From a bacterium (lineage in GTDB: Bacteria; Patescibacteriota; Dojkabacteria; SC72; WJKH01), in NCBI GenBank assembly GCA_029547225.1, contig JAKPPS010000028.1:12405-76404 (forward strand): 64,000 nucleotides of DNA, read 5' to 3'. Each line of letters starts with the position of its first letter. Within the stretch, counting starts at the first letter, position 1. A model generated the notes under the pieces. It did not search any database and was not told the DNA's origin. It was given only the letters and a program-made list of their open reading frames with translations. This document shows positions 45,282-54,401 of this stretch, piece after piece. The translations under genes were made by a program, and so were the position numbers.

Positions 45282-46757
45282 GTCTTGTCGATCGTTAAAA
45301 TTCAGGAAGTTATCAAACGGACTTTTGCCTATATAGCTTAATTTTTCGTTGGTTATAGTCAAGTTCGAGAATACAAAATTGATAATTTCTCTTTTTCCTT
45401 CATCATCTGCTCGTTTGAAAAGCCGTGACGCATTTTGTGTCAGTTCGAGAATTCTTAATCCAGTTTCAAAGTATATGTGATTGGCTTGTTTGTGTTTTTC
45501 CATGTCACGAATAGTTTGCTTTTCTGCTTTTACCTCTTTTTCAAACTTTTCAAGATATGTTTCTTTTGTGATGAGTCCGTCTAGCCTGTCATCATACAAT
45601 TGGTCTTTTCGTGATTGCGTTTTAGTTAGTTTTGCTTGTAGTGTTGACATTGCTTGATTATGAAAATCAGCTTCGCTTTTATGAGCATCTTTTAGTGTTT
45701 GCTTTAATACTTCAAATGTTTCTTTTGGAATTTTCATTGAACTTAAAACGTTTTCGATTTCTGTATTTAGTTTTTCTTCTCTCCAATATTGGTGTTTATG
45801 TCTCATTTTATACTCAGTACAGCGATAATATACATATCTGCCTTTTTGAATTTCTGTTGTATATGATGAGCCACAAACACCGCATTTAATAAGTCCACTA
45901 AACAGAAAACTGTTTTTGCGTTTATTCGGCTTCTTTCTGCTTCGTAAAATATCTTGCACTTTGTAGTATAGTTCTTCTGAAATTATCGGCTCGTGAATAC
46001 CTTTGTATTCTTTACTTTTCCATCTCATTATGCCAATATAAAAGGGATTTTGTAAGGTTACTCGTATCTTTTCTTTGCAAAGTGGTACTTCGGGTTTGCT
46101 TTTAGCATGTAGTCCTTCTTCAAGTAGTAGTTCACCAATTGTTTGAAAGCTGTATTCGCCAGTAGCATATAATTCAAACATTTTCTTAACAAATGGTGCT
46201 TTTGAAATATCAATATCGCAAGTATGTGTATCTTTATTGTTTTTATATCCAAGCGGTGCAGAAGCAGGCCAACCGCCTTGAGCCACTTTTTCCTCAAGTC
46301 CTTTTTTGACATCATCTCTCAAGTTATTGATATATCCTTTTGCCATTACTGCCTGTAAATCAAAGTTCATTAGTTCGTTTGACCTTGAGTCGTTGTTTAG
46401 AATAATTCCTTCTTTTACAAAATGGAATTCTTTTCCTGCTTTGATTAAATCATACACTTTAACAATGTCAGCAAAGTTACGAGCCACACGATCTATTTTC
46501 TCGATAACTGCAATTTGAATGTTGTCATGCTCTGTAAGGTAGGTAATCATTTCACTAAAAGCCTTTCTTCCTTCCTTTTTAGCTGATTCTGCAACCTGCC
46601 AATGCTTGATTATTTGTAAGTTATTCTTTTGAGCATAATTGATTATGTTTTTAAGTTGAGCATCAAGTGAATATCCTTCTTCCTGTTCTCGTGAAGATAC
46701 TCGACAATATGCAATAACCGCTCTTGGTTCGTCAGGTATAAAGTCATATTTGCTCAT
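45270..46757 (-). CDS. Large serine recombinase
   Basis: YCRVSSREQ, DRVAR, NPFYIG, HEPII, CGVCG...YYRC zinc ribbon, coiled coil. Confidence 0.95.
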   Translation of the reverse strand: MSKYDFIPDEPRAVIAYCRVSSREQEEGYSLDAQLKNIINYAQKNNLQIIKHWQVAESAKKEGRKAFSEMITYLTEHDNIQIAVIEKIDRVARNFADIVKVYDLIKAGKEFHFVKEGIILNNDSRSNELMNFDLQAVMAKGYINNLRDDVKKGLEEKVAQGGWPASAPLGYKNNKDTHTCDIDISKAPFVKKMFELYATGEYSFQTIGELLLEEGLHAKSKPEVPLCKEKIRVTLQNPFYIGIMRWKSKEYKGIHEPIISEELYYKVQDILRSRKKPNKRKNSFLFSGLIKCGVCGSSYTTEIQKGRYVYYRCTEYKMRHKHQYWREEKLNTEIENVLSSMKIPKETFEVLKQTLKDAHKSEADFHNQAMSTLQAKLTKTQSRKDQLYDDRLDGLITKETYLEKFEKEVKAEKQTIRDMEKHKQANHIYFETGLRILELTQNASRLFKRADDEGKREIINFVFSNLTITNEKLSYIGKSPFDNFLNFNDRQDWSG

Positions 46758-46794
46758 AAGTTTTAATGCTCAATTTAAATATCGAGTAAACTCG

Positions 46795-46920
46795 ATGTTA
46801 ACTGTGACGCTCGGAAATCTTAAATAAATTTAGATTTCTCTCGCTATCCTCGTTAATAACAAAAAAGGGCGACTCGTTGGACACAACTCCATTTGCATGA
46901 AATTGTACGAATCGCCCTTT
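46795..46920 (-). repeat. Structured motif copy 1 (recombinase leader)
   Basis: Terminator-like hairpin plus a ~73-nt motif that is inverted-homologous to 47867-47940. Confidence 0.75.
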
Positions 46921-46965
46921 ATACTATCAAAATACCCTTTAATAGCGTTGGGTTCATGCAAATAA

Positions 46966-47199
46966 TTAAGTTGTGTCCATTTCAATATTATCATCTCGGT
47001 TAATTTTTGTTAAATCGAAGTTTTGTACCATTTCTTGAATTTTCAATTTGTTATCAATCTTTTCTAAGGTTTCAAAGAATTTTATAAAGTTAAATAGTGC
47101 TTCATATGCCTGTTTATCTGTTAGTTCAATACCGTAATCATGCAGGTATGCTTTCTGGAACTGCTTTATATTTTTCTTTATTGGGTCAGTTACCTGCAT
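46966..47199 (-). CDS. Small helical protein of the element
   Basis: 77-aa ORF, co-oriented between the rep-like gene and the recombinase. Confidence 0.75.
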   Translation of the reverse strand: MQVTDPIKKNIKQFQKAYLHDYGIELTDKQAYEALFNFIKFFETLEKIDNKLKIQEMVQNFDLTKINRDDNIEMDTT

Positions 47200-47204
47200 G
47201 TATT

Positions 47205-47747
47205 TTAAGAAATGTATTTATAAATGTTTTTAATTGTATTTCGGCCCTCGGTTTGACTTGGATTAGTGAGGGTTTTCTTGATGTCGTTGTTAGTGATTTG
47301 CTCCATATCAGTAGAGTGTTTTACTAAGTTTCGTGTTAGTAATTTACTAAACTTTTTGTTCGATTTTTGAAGTGATTCACTAACCACCTTTTTAGTTATC
47401 CACATTTGGTTAGTTTTTCGTTTCCAAATAATAAGTTCTTTTAAAACAAGCTGATTTAGTTCATGAGAAATGTCAGATGAGTAAATTCCCACTAATGTAA
47501 AATCAGACGGTTTTAGACGTGCTACAGCTCGATTACAACCAATTGAAAAGCGAACAATGAGGAGTAGGATTTTTATCTGTCTTTTTGATAGTGATTTGTT
47601 GAAAATGATTGACTCAAAAAGTAGATTTGAGAATTTGAAAAAGCCTTTAGATTCCAGATCTTTAATATTAAGTCGTGTAGAACGCTCTACAAGTTCAGGA
47701 AAGTTTTGTTTTAAGTATTCTCCTACTGTTTTCATCAATAATTTCAA
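47205..47747 (-). CDS. Phage replication protein O-like N-terminal (wHTH) protein
   Basis: GFFKFSNLLFESI...LSKRQIKILLLIVRFSIGCNR resembles the lambda O N-domain pattern. Confidence 0.65.
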   Translation of the reverse strand: MKLLMKTVGEYLKQNFPELVERSTRLNIKDLESKGFFKFSNLLFESIIFNKSLSKRQIKILLLIVRFSIGCNRAVARLKPSDFTLVGIYSSDISHELNQLVLKELIIWKRKTNQMWITKKVVSESLQKSNKKFSKLLTRNLVKHSTDMEQITNNDIKKTLTNPSQTEGRNTIKNIYKYIS

Positions 47748-47810
47748 GCTCTACAGACTGCCCAGTAGGTGGCAGTTGTAGATTTTATACAAGTAAGCGT
47801 ATAATATACA

Positions 47811-47940
47811 AAAGAATCACCTCCTACTGACCATGGATTCCCGTCCGGCGGTTTGCAGGTGATTCTCTTTTTTTATTAACGACGCTGAGCGAGTCAAATC
47901 TGAAATTTATTTCAAGATTTGCGAGCCAGCTAGTTAACAT
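47811..47940 (+). repeat. Structured motif copy 2, behind promoter TTGTAG-N18-TATAAT (47776-47805)
   Basis: AGAATCACCT/AGGTGATTCT hairpin plus T run, then the ~74-nt motif. Confidence 0.75.
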
Positions 47941-48540
47941 GACTCTGTCATTATTGTGTTTTCTATATCAATTATCCTTCAAGAAAAATTCGAAGTCAAA
48001 AATCTGTTGATTTTTCGGACTTTCTCGACATTCGGTTTATCTTGTATTCAAGGTCGTTTTCAGAGTTTTTCAAAATTTAAAAATATAGTGTCCACGCTAT
48101 AGCGTCCGCACTATGTTTTTTAAGCATTTGCATACAATCAACTGCTTATATTCCCCCTATTGTCTTATGATTTCGCGGTCGGTGTCAAAAAACATTCGGT
48201 TTCAAGGCACTTCTCGACACACTCATTCCTCCGTAACCATCGCAAGATTTTAAGTTTTAAGAAAATTCAAATTATATGGTTGACTGTATACAGTTGACCA
48301 TAAGAAAATATGCTTCTTTTGTATAGTTTCCTATAAAATCAAGTTTTTACAAAATATTTTCCAAATCCAAACAACATGAAAAGTTCTATTAAATGCCGTT
48401 CAATCAATGAAAAGTATTAATCTAAAAAATACTAAATACCTCGTATACGAGATCTCGTCCACGATATATTTACTGCAGAAATTGTAATGTAAGTTTAAAG
48501 CTTGTAAAATTGGTATTAATAAATTGTAATTAAATGAAAT

Positions 48541-49224
48541 ATGAAATTGCTTTTATATAGCGGATTTTCTGAACAAAACAGTTTAGATGATGAGTTAAAA
48601 ACAGCTTTGAATGCTTTTCAACATAAATCTTTAACAATCTTTTTATCAAACTCAGATGATTTTAAATCAAAGTATGTCTATCCGATTACAGACTATTATA
48701 AGAGATGCGGTTTTAATGATGTTTCTGTGTGTTTGTACTCTCAAACGAATGAGAATACTAACAAAATCTCTGCAGAATATCCTGATATCAAGTTCATAGG
48801 TTTAGATAGTGCTTTTGAATCGGACGCAATTTTTCTATCAGGTGGAAGCAATTATTATTTCCTAAATTCATTAAGAAAGAATAATTTAATAGGAAAATTG
48901 CAAGAGTATGCAAGGTCAAATCACCTGTTAATTGGTATGAGTGCAGGTAGTATGCTTATGCAAAAAGATATCAAAAACTCAGAAATTCCGAGTTATGATC
49001 CAGAGCCCAACCCAGTAGGAGATATTTCCTTGGAGTCTTTAAATCTTATTCCGTTTTACTTTTTTCCTCACTATGACGGCGATACAAGATTTTTATCAGA
49101 AGTAAAAGAATTTTCAAACAAAACAAAAGATAGATGTTATATCTGTACTGATAATGATGGTTTATATATAGAGGGAAATAATGTTGTTCTAAAGGGCAAT
49201 ACAATAGAAATTAATCCACAATAA
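48541..49224 (+). CDS. Peptidase S51 (peptidase E/cyanophycinase-like)
   Basis: IFLSGGSN, GMSAG nucleophile elbow, FFPHY. Confidence 0.88.
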   Translation: MKLLLYSGFSEQNSLDDELKTALNAFQHKSLTIFLSNSDDFKSKYVYPITDYYKRCGFNDVSVCLYSQTNENTNKISAEYPDIKFIGLDSAFESDAIFLSGGSNYYFLNSLRKNNLIGKLQEYARSNHLLIGMSAGSMLMQKDIKNSEIPSYDPEPNPVGDISLESLNLIPFYFFPHYDGDTRFLSEVKEFSNKTKDRCYICTDNDGLYIEGNNVVLKGNTIEINPQ

Positions 49225-49451
49225 ATTACAACACCAAGCACAAATTTAAGTCGTGAGTAGCTCACAAGATTACACACACAGGGTAATCGAAGTCGAGGAA
49301 GTGATTGGGTGGAGTCCGAAGGAGTCCACCCAATCACCTACGAAAGACGACAATTTGTGCGGAAGGATAAGGGTTTATATCTTACCGTTCAACTGGATGT
49401 ATCCGGAGGGTCGGAAACGTCATGTAGGAGTCCAACTGGATTCATCTGATT

Positions 49452-50015
49452 TTAAAGTAATTTTCTTGGCTGACTTAAAACAATTACTGTTGAAAACAGC
49501 CCTAATAAAGCCATTAAAACGAACAAAACGTTAAAATTCAGGTAGTAAACTATAAAACCTCCAATTAAGGAAGCAATAGCAAGTGAAAAATTCTGTACCA
49601 GTTTCCATGTTGAATATTCATTAATTTCAGCTCCTTTATCGAGGTGTTTTGCAAATATTGAATCAAATGCAGGAGATCCTACAGCTTCACCAATTCCGAG
49701 TATTACTTGAATAAAGATAAACATTAAAAGACTATTTGTAAAAATATATAAAATCCATGATATGACTCTAATGATAAAACCAGCAGCAAGTAAATATTCT
49801 TTTTCTTTGATTTTATCTCCGTATCTAGCGACAATAAAAGTAAAAATTGTTGCAGAAAGCATAAACACAAACCATGAAAAACTCACAGAAAGAATATTTG
49901 CATCAAACTTTTCGGCGAATATGGCATATAACGGACCAAGTAAACGATCTGCAAATACAAATATACCATTTGATATAAACAATACTTTTAATGCGTTTTG
50001 ATTAGTTATTTTCAT
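49452..50015 (-). CDS. Half-size (6-TM) MFS-type transporter
   Basis: 187 hydrophobic aa; YGDKIKEK motif-A-like; GIGEAVGSPA. Confidence 0.8.
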   Translation of the reverse strand: MKITNQNALKVLFISNGIFVFADRLLGPLYAIFAEKFDANILSVSFSWFVFMLSATIFTFIVARYGDKIKEKEYLLAAGFIIRVISWILYIFTNSLLMFIFIQVILGIGEAVGSPAFDSIFAKHLDKGAEINEYSTWKLVQNFSLAIASLIGGFIVYYLNFNVLFVLMALLGLFSTVIVLSQPRKLL

Positions 50016-50023
50016 ACTTTTAC

Positions 50024-50998
50024 TTATAAAATTAGCCCACGTAATGTTTCAGTCACAAGTGGCATATTAGGTTCAGAGGATAGAATCGTAATAAGTAAAT
50101 TTTGAGATTTGTTAATAATAATATATTGTCCATCTGAGCCATCTCTGAAGACATATCCATCTCGAGAAATGAAAGAAAAGTAACCAACTCCAATTTTTGG
50201 AAGTACTCTTTCAGGCTTGTAATAATCAGGTGTTTTTATTTTTAATGAACACATTTCATGTATCCATTTTTCAGGGATAATCTGATTCCCATTGTATCGT
50301 CCACAATAAAGTAGCAACTGACCAATTTTGTGAAAATCCAAATGAGTCAAACTCAGTCCAGTACTCGCCATACAATACTTTCCATATTTCCCCCATAAGA
50401 ATTCTGATATATCTAATTTGCTGAAAATTTGTTCTTCAATGAACATATCAAGGTCAATATTAAAAGCTTCTTTGAATAATACGGCAATCAGAAATGGCTC
50501 AACATTATTATATGCAAAGCGATTTCCTACCTCATACGGCAATTCAAAGTTCAGTGCATACTCTAAAAGTTTTTCTTTATCAATGTTCTGAATAAATCTC
50601 TCTGACATCATTTGTTCTTCGTATCCAGTAGTATGGGTCAATAGATTTTTTATCGTCCATTCTTCAATCTTTTTTAAGTTTTCTTTGTTTGTTATATTTA
50701 CTAACCCTTTTATTATTGGATAAACCTTAGTATCCAACGTAATTGGTTTGTTATTAACGAGTAAACGTTGTTCAATTGCTAATCCGACAGCCATAGCGAC
50801 TAATAGTTTTGAACAGCTTCGGATACGATGTAATTGCTCGGTATTAAAATAGTGTTTTGATAAATGACCATTTTGTTCAATATAAACACTATCAATATCT
50901 ACTTGCTTTCCGTTAATAGATAGCTTTTCTAAATTTTTTATAAAATCTTCAATATTTATCATGTTGTCTTTTAATTTCAAACTGTTTGAGTATAGCAT
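50024..50998 (-). CDS. Beta-lactamase-family serine hydrolase
   Basis: SxxK (SCSK), LLTHTTG, FAYNN. Confidence 0.88.
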   Translation of the reverse strand: MLYSNSLKLKDNMINIEDFIKNLEKLSINGKQVDIDSVYIEQNGHLSKHYFNTEQLHRIRSCSKLLVAMAVGLAIEQRLLVNNKPITLDTKVYPIIKGLVNITNKENLKKIEEWTIKNLLTHTTGYEEQMMSERFIQNIDKEKLLEYALNFELPYEVGNRFAYNNVEPFLIAVLFKEAFNIDLDMFIEEQIFSKLDISEFLWGKYGKYCMASTGLSLTHLDFHKIGQLLLYCGRYNGNQIIPEKWIHEMCSLKIKTPDYYKPERVLPKIGVGYFSFISRDGYVFRDGSDGQYIIINKSQNLLITILSSEPNMPLVTETLRGLIL

Positions 50999-51295
50999 GA
51001 ATAAACCATTTCTTTATAGAACATGATTCATATATTCGGATTCAAAAGCGTATACTTATTCAGAAAGTTTACATAATACTCAATCGGGCTCAATATTGAC
51101 CACCAATCCAATTTCGTGATAACGTCAGTTAGAGTCGATGTCTATAAATGTAACGAATAGGAACAGCGGGAGACCCAACTAAGCGGTGGTCACCCCGATT
51201 TTGCGACGCAAAATTTGAGATTTAATAATGAAAAATATTTCCAATAATCTATCTTCTATCTGAGCACCAATATAAAGATTAACTGGGTTACTCGA

Positions 51296-53485
51296 TTACA
51301 TTATCTTCTTTCGATAAACTAGCTCAACACCACATAAACCGATCAAGCTAATAATTCCCATAGCTACACTACCTATAATTCCACCATTTGTATTTGGATT
51401 TGCTGGATCATAGTAAGCTAGTCCATACACTGAGAAACCGTCGGTATCAAATGTTATTGTATCGTTTGTAGGATCGTATACAGCATCAAGTTCTGTAATC
51501 TCACCATTGTGCTCACGGATGACTTTATATTGTGCATGATCTTGAAGTGAATCACCCAACTTTAGAGTGATGGATGAATCAGAATCTAATTCTGTAATTG
51601 TAGTCCTCCATGCGTCATCAGTAGAGCCTTTATATATTAATTCATTTAATGAAAGATCTAAATAAGACCCAATTTCATACTCACCAGCAGCTTCAACAAA
51701 ACCTGTTGTGTCAAATTCTGAAGCTTCATCGATTAATAATTCAGCATTACCGTTTATTTCTCCTTCAGGTAAAGTGATATTTGCTCCAGAAATCAAATCA
51801 GTTTCAAGATCAATAATATCTGGGTTCTCTTCGAAAATTGCGCTAATATGAATATGATTTGCAGGCATGATGAATGAGTAAGATGCTCTTCCAGCTTCAG
51901 GAAAAGTAGGATTTCCATTTATCCCTCCTGAAACATACTGATATCCGTAATTAGGAATTAACTCAATTGTAACTTCCGTACCTTCTTCGATACTGAAATC
52001 ATAAAAACCACCAGATACGAATTTATAACCATTTGCAGCTATAACATTTACTGTCCCGTTAACAACTCTGGAATCATCAGAATCGTCATAATTATAACCA
52101 AGTTGGTAAAGGGCTTTTGCAGTAGACTGAAGTAAAAAAGTACCCTCTCCAGATGTCATAATATATTTATCATCTGCATGTGTACCTTCAACACAATCGA
52201 CAATTATTGGATCGACATTTTCCGAGTCAGTTCCAGAAAATTCTACCCAAGTCCAATATCCGGCTTGTGGAATGAAGGTTCCAAGTCCTGTTGTATAAGA
52301 AAGATCAATAGAACCACCTGCAAGAACTAAAGCAGAAATAACGTTTTCGGTTGCAATACTGCTTGATGCTACTGTAAGAATTGCATTTTGAGTTGCACTG
52401 ATAAGCATGCCTTCGCCTTCAGCCGGTGTCGGGTTGTAGTAATAGAGAGCCTGATTAACACTATTAATTGTTAGATTACCAAATCTTAAAGCTACTTCAG
52501 AAGCTCCAATGCCAAATGGGGCAGGGTTTTCGGATGTACCAACGAAGACGTCTCCATCTCCTCCAAGAACATTACCTTCGGTAAAGATACCTCCTACAAA
52601 CTGTACATCTCCGATATCAGGGCCCATCCCAAACAATACGTCAACACTGCCATCGAAATTGACAGACAAATTATCTACGTTTTCTGAAACAGTTATATCA
52701 CCACCATTTGCATTTATACTTATCATTCCATCACCACTTCCAGTAATGTATGGAAATGTTGAAACTTGAGTCGCATCAATATTTATTTGATATCCTCCGT
52801 ACATACTGTACTCAATTGCCCATCCTTCACCTTCATAAGAGGTAACCTGAGGATCGGCAGTCTCATCGATTGTTATTAATCCATCAATAAATAATTGTAA
52901 CGGCTCGCCTGCAGGAGGTTCACCGCCACCTCCCGGTGCAGTAAAGGTATTACCTTCTACAATATATGTATCTTCACAATTTACTAAGAAACCTTGTGAA
53001 ACAGTTACAGTTATTGAATTTGAAGGCTCTCCGATTGTGAGTCTACCACCTGCTCCGATAGAAATAGCTGGGCTAGAAGAGTCTAATGCTGCTATTGTTA
53101 AACTTGATGAATCTCCTGTAATTGTTATGTCGCCTCCCATAGCAAGTAGTGCGGAACTGTCAGTCGTTGCAGTAAGAGTATTTGTACCAACTAATTGAAT
53201 ATCTAAATCACCGGATGAGGAAATCGATTCAAGATTTGTATCAGTTAATGTTAGGATTTTAGTATCTGTATTAAAAGTTACTCCACTAATACCATGTGCT
53301 TCGTTATATCCACCTCCGGTAGTGTAGATAGTTGTTCCATTGACATCTAGGCTTTGGATAGGAGCATCTAAAGCAAATGCTGTTTGAATCGGAATGAAAA
53401 TCATTATCAACATAAGTAGAATCGATGTAACAGATTTAGATCGTAATCTGCTTTTTATGTTACTTACAATCATAATTGAGGGCAT
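51296..53485 (-). CDS. Surface protein with sortase-B-type sorting signal
   Basis: Signal peptide; acidic beta-rich body; C-terminal NPNTNG, then a TM helix, then RKK. Confidence 0.8.
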   Translation of the reverse strand: MPSIMIVSNIKSRLRSKSVTSILLMLIMIFIPIQTAFALDAPIQSLDVNGTTIYTTGGGYNEAHGISGVTFNTDTKILTLTDTNLESISSSGDLDIQLVGTNTLTATTDSSALLAMGGDITITGDSSSLTIAALDSSSPAISIGAGGRLTIGEPSNSITVTVSQGFLVNCEDTYIVEGNTFTAPGGGGEPPAGEPLQLFIDGLITIDETADPQVTSYEGEGWAIEYSMYGGYQINIDATQVSTFPYITGSGDGMISINANGGDITVSENVDNLSVNFDGSVDVLFGMGPDIGDVQFVGGIFTEGNVLGGDGDVFVGTSENPAPFGIGASEVALRFGNLTINSVNQALYYYNPTPAEGEGMLISATQNAILTVASSSIATENVISALVLAGGSIDLSYTTGLGTFIPQAGYWTWVEFSGTDSENVDPIIVDCVEGTHADDKYIMTSGEGTFLLQSTAKALYQLGYNYDDSDDSRVVNGTVNVIAANGYKFVSGGFYDFSIEEGTEVTIELIPNYGYQYVSGGINGNPTFPEAGRASYSFIMPANHIHISAIFEENPDIIDLETDLISGANITLPEGEINGNAELLIDEASEFDTTGFVEAAGEYEIGSYLDLSLNELIYKGSTDDAWRTTITELDSDSSITLKLGDSLQDHAQYKVIREHNGEITELDAVYDPTNDTITFDTDGFSVYGLAYYDPANPNTNGGIIGSVAMGIISLIGLCGVELVYRKKIM

Positions 53486-53528
53486 TAATAAATTATGTTA
53501 ACATACAGTATACTTGTTATTTTAAATA

Positions 53529-54341
53529 ATGCAACTAAAAAAAATGAAACTAAATCGTAAAATTTTAAAAATTCCATTAATTATCATATTTCTTATTATT
53601 CTAGGAGTCGCCGTATATAGAATATTTATTTGGCAAGACGACTCACAGAAAACTAAAAGTAAAATTGAAGAAATAATCAATGAAACCAAACCTGTAGATT
53701 TAGAATCAACAGACGAATCAACACTTGTGAATCCTCCTGAAGATCAAAATAGCCTTTATTGGAAATATGTAAATATGTCCATAATTGATGTTGACTTAGC
53801 AAAACTAAAGGAACAAAATTCAGAAACAAAAGGATGGATACAGGTACCAGGTACAAATATTAATTTCCCATTCGTACAACATAGTGATAACGAGTATTAT
53901 CTTTACCATTCATTTAATCAAGAGAAAAATATAGCAGGTTGGGTTTATTTAGATTCTCGGAATAGCATAAATCCTTTCGACAAAAACAATATTATTTATG
54001 CCCATCGCAGAGTTTTGTTTTATTCACTTACAAATATTTTTGATAGTGGCTGGCTGAATAATCCTGATAATCATGTTATAAAAATCTATACAGATTCCGG
54101 AAGTTCATTGTGGCAGGTTTTTTCTGTTTATCACACGGCAACAACGAGCGATTATCTTGTTACTGATTTTGCAAATGATCCAACTTATTCAAACTTTTTA
54201 AAGTATATTGAAGGTAAAAGTGCACATAATTTTAATGTCGAAGTTGATCAAAATGATAAGATACTAACTTTATCAACATGTTATACTGATACCGAAAAGG
54301 TAGTTCTGCATGCAAAATTAATCAAATACGTGGAGAATTAG
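53529..54341 (+). CDS. Class B sortase
   Basis: GWIQVPGTNINFPFVQ..DNEYYL, NIIYAH, TLSTC, VLHAKL. Confidence 0.9.
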   Translation: MQLKKMKLNRKILKIPLIIIFLIILGVAVYRIFIWQDDSQKTKSKIEEIINETKPVDLESTDESTLVNPPEDQNSLYWKYVNMSIIDVDLAKLKEQNSETKGWIQVPGTNINFPFVQHSDNEYYLYHSFNQEKNIAGWVYLDSRNSINPFDKNNIIYAHRRVLFYSLTNIFDSGWLNNPDNHVIKIYTDSGSSLWQVFSVYHTATTSDYLVTDFANDPTYSNFLKYIEGKSAHNFNVEVDQNDKILTLSTCYTDTEKVVLHAKLIKYVEN

Positions 54342-54401
54342 TAATAAAATATTTCTGCTTTTTGTTGAATAATAAAAAATATATTTAGAATTTTATAAAC
54401 A

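Larger units (their letters stand above)
45269..51198. mobile_element. Putative integrative element inserted at tRNA-Pro
   Basis: Recombinase overlaps the tRNA 3' end; 10-bp direct repeat GTCACCCCGA at 45269-45278 and 51189-51198. Confidence 0.65.

Noticed and set aside
47184..47198. Two 7-mers at the 77-aa start matching the 47811-47866 hairpin
   Set aside because: The order is permuted, one 7-mer is partly in the stem, and chance cannot be excluded.
49248..49255. AAGTCGTG as an alternative att copy of tRNA-Pro
   Set aside because: Only 8 bp and part of a local stem; the 10-bp repeat at 51189 fits better.
45270..51198. Prophage
   Set aside because: No terminase, capsid, tail or lysis genes.
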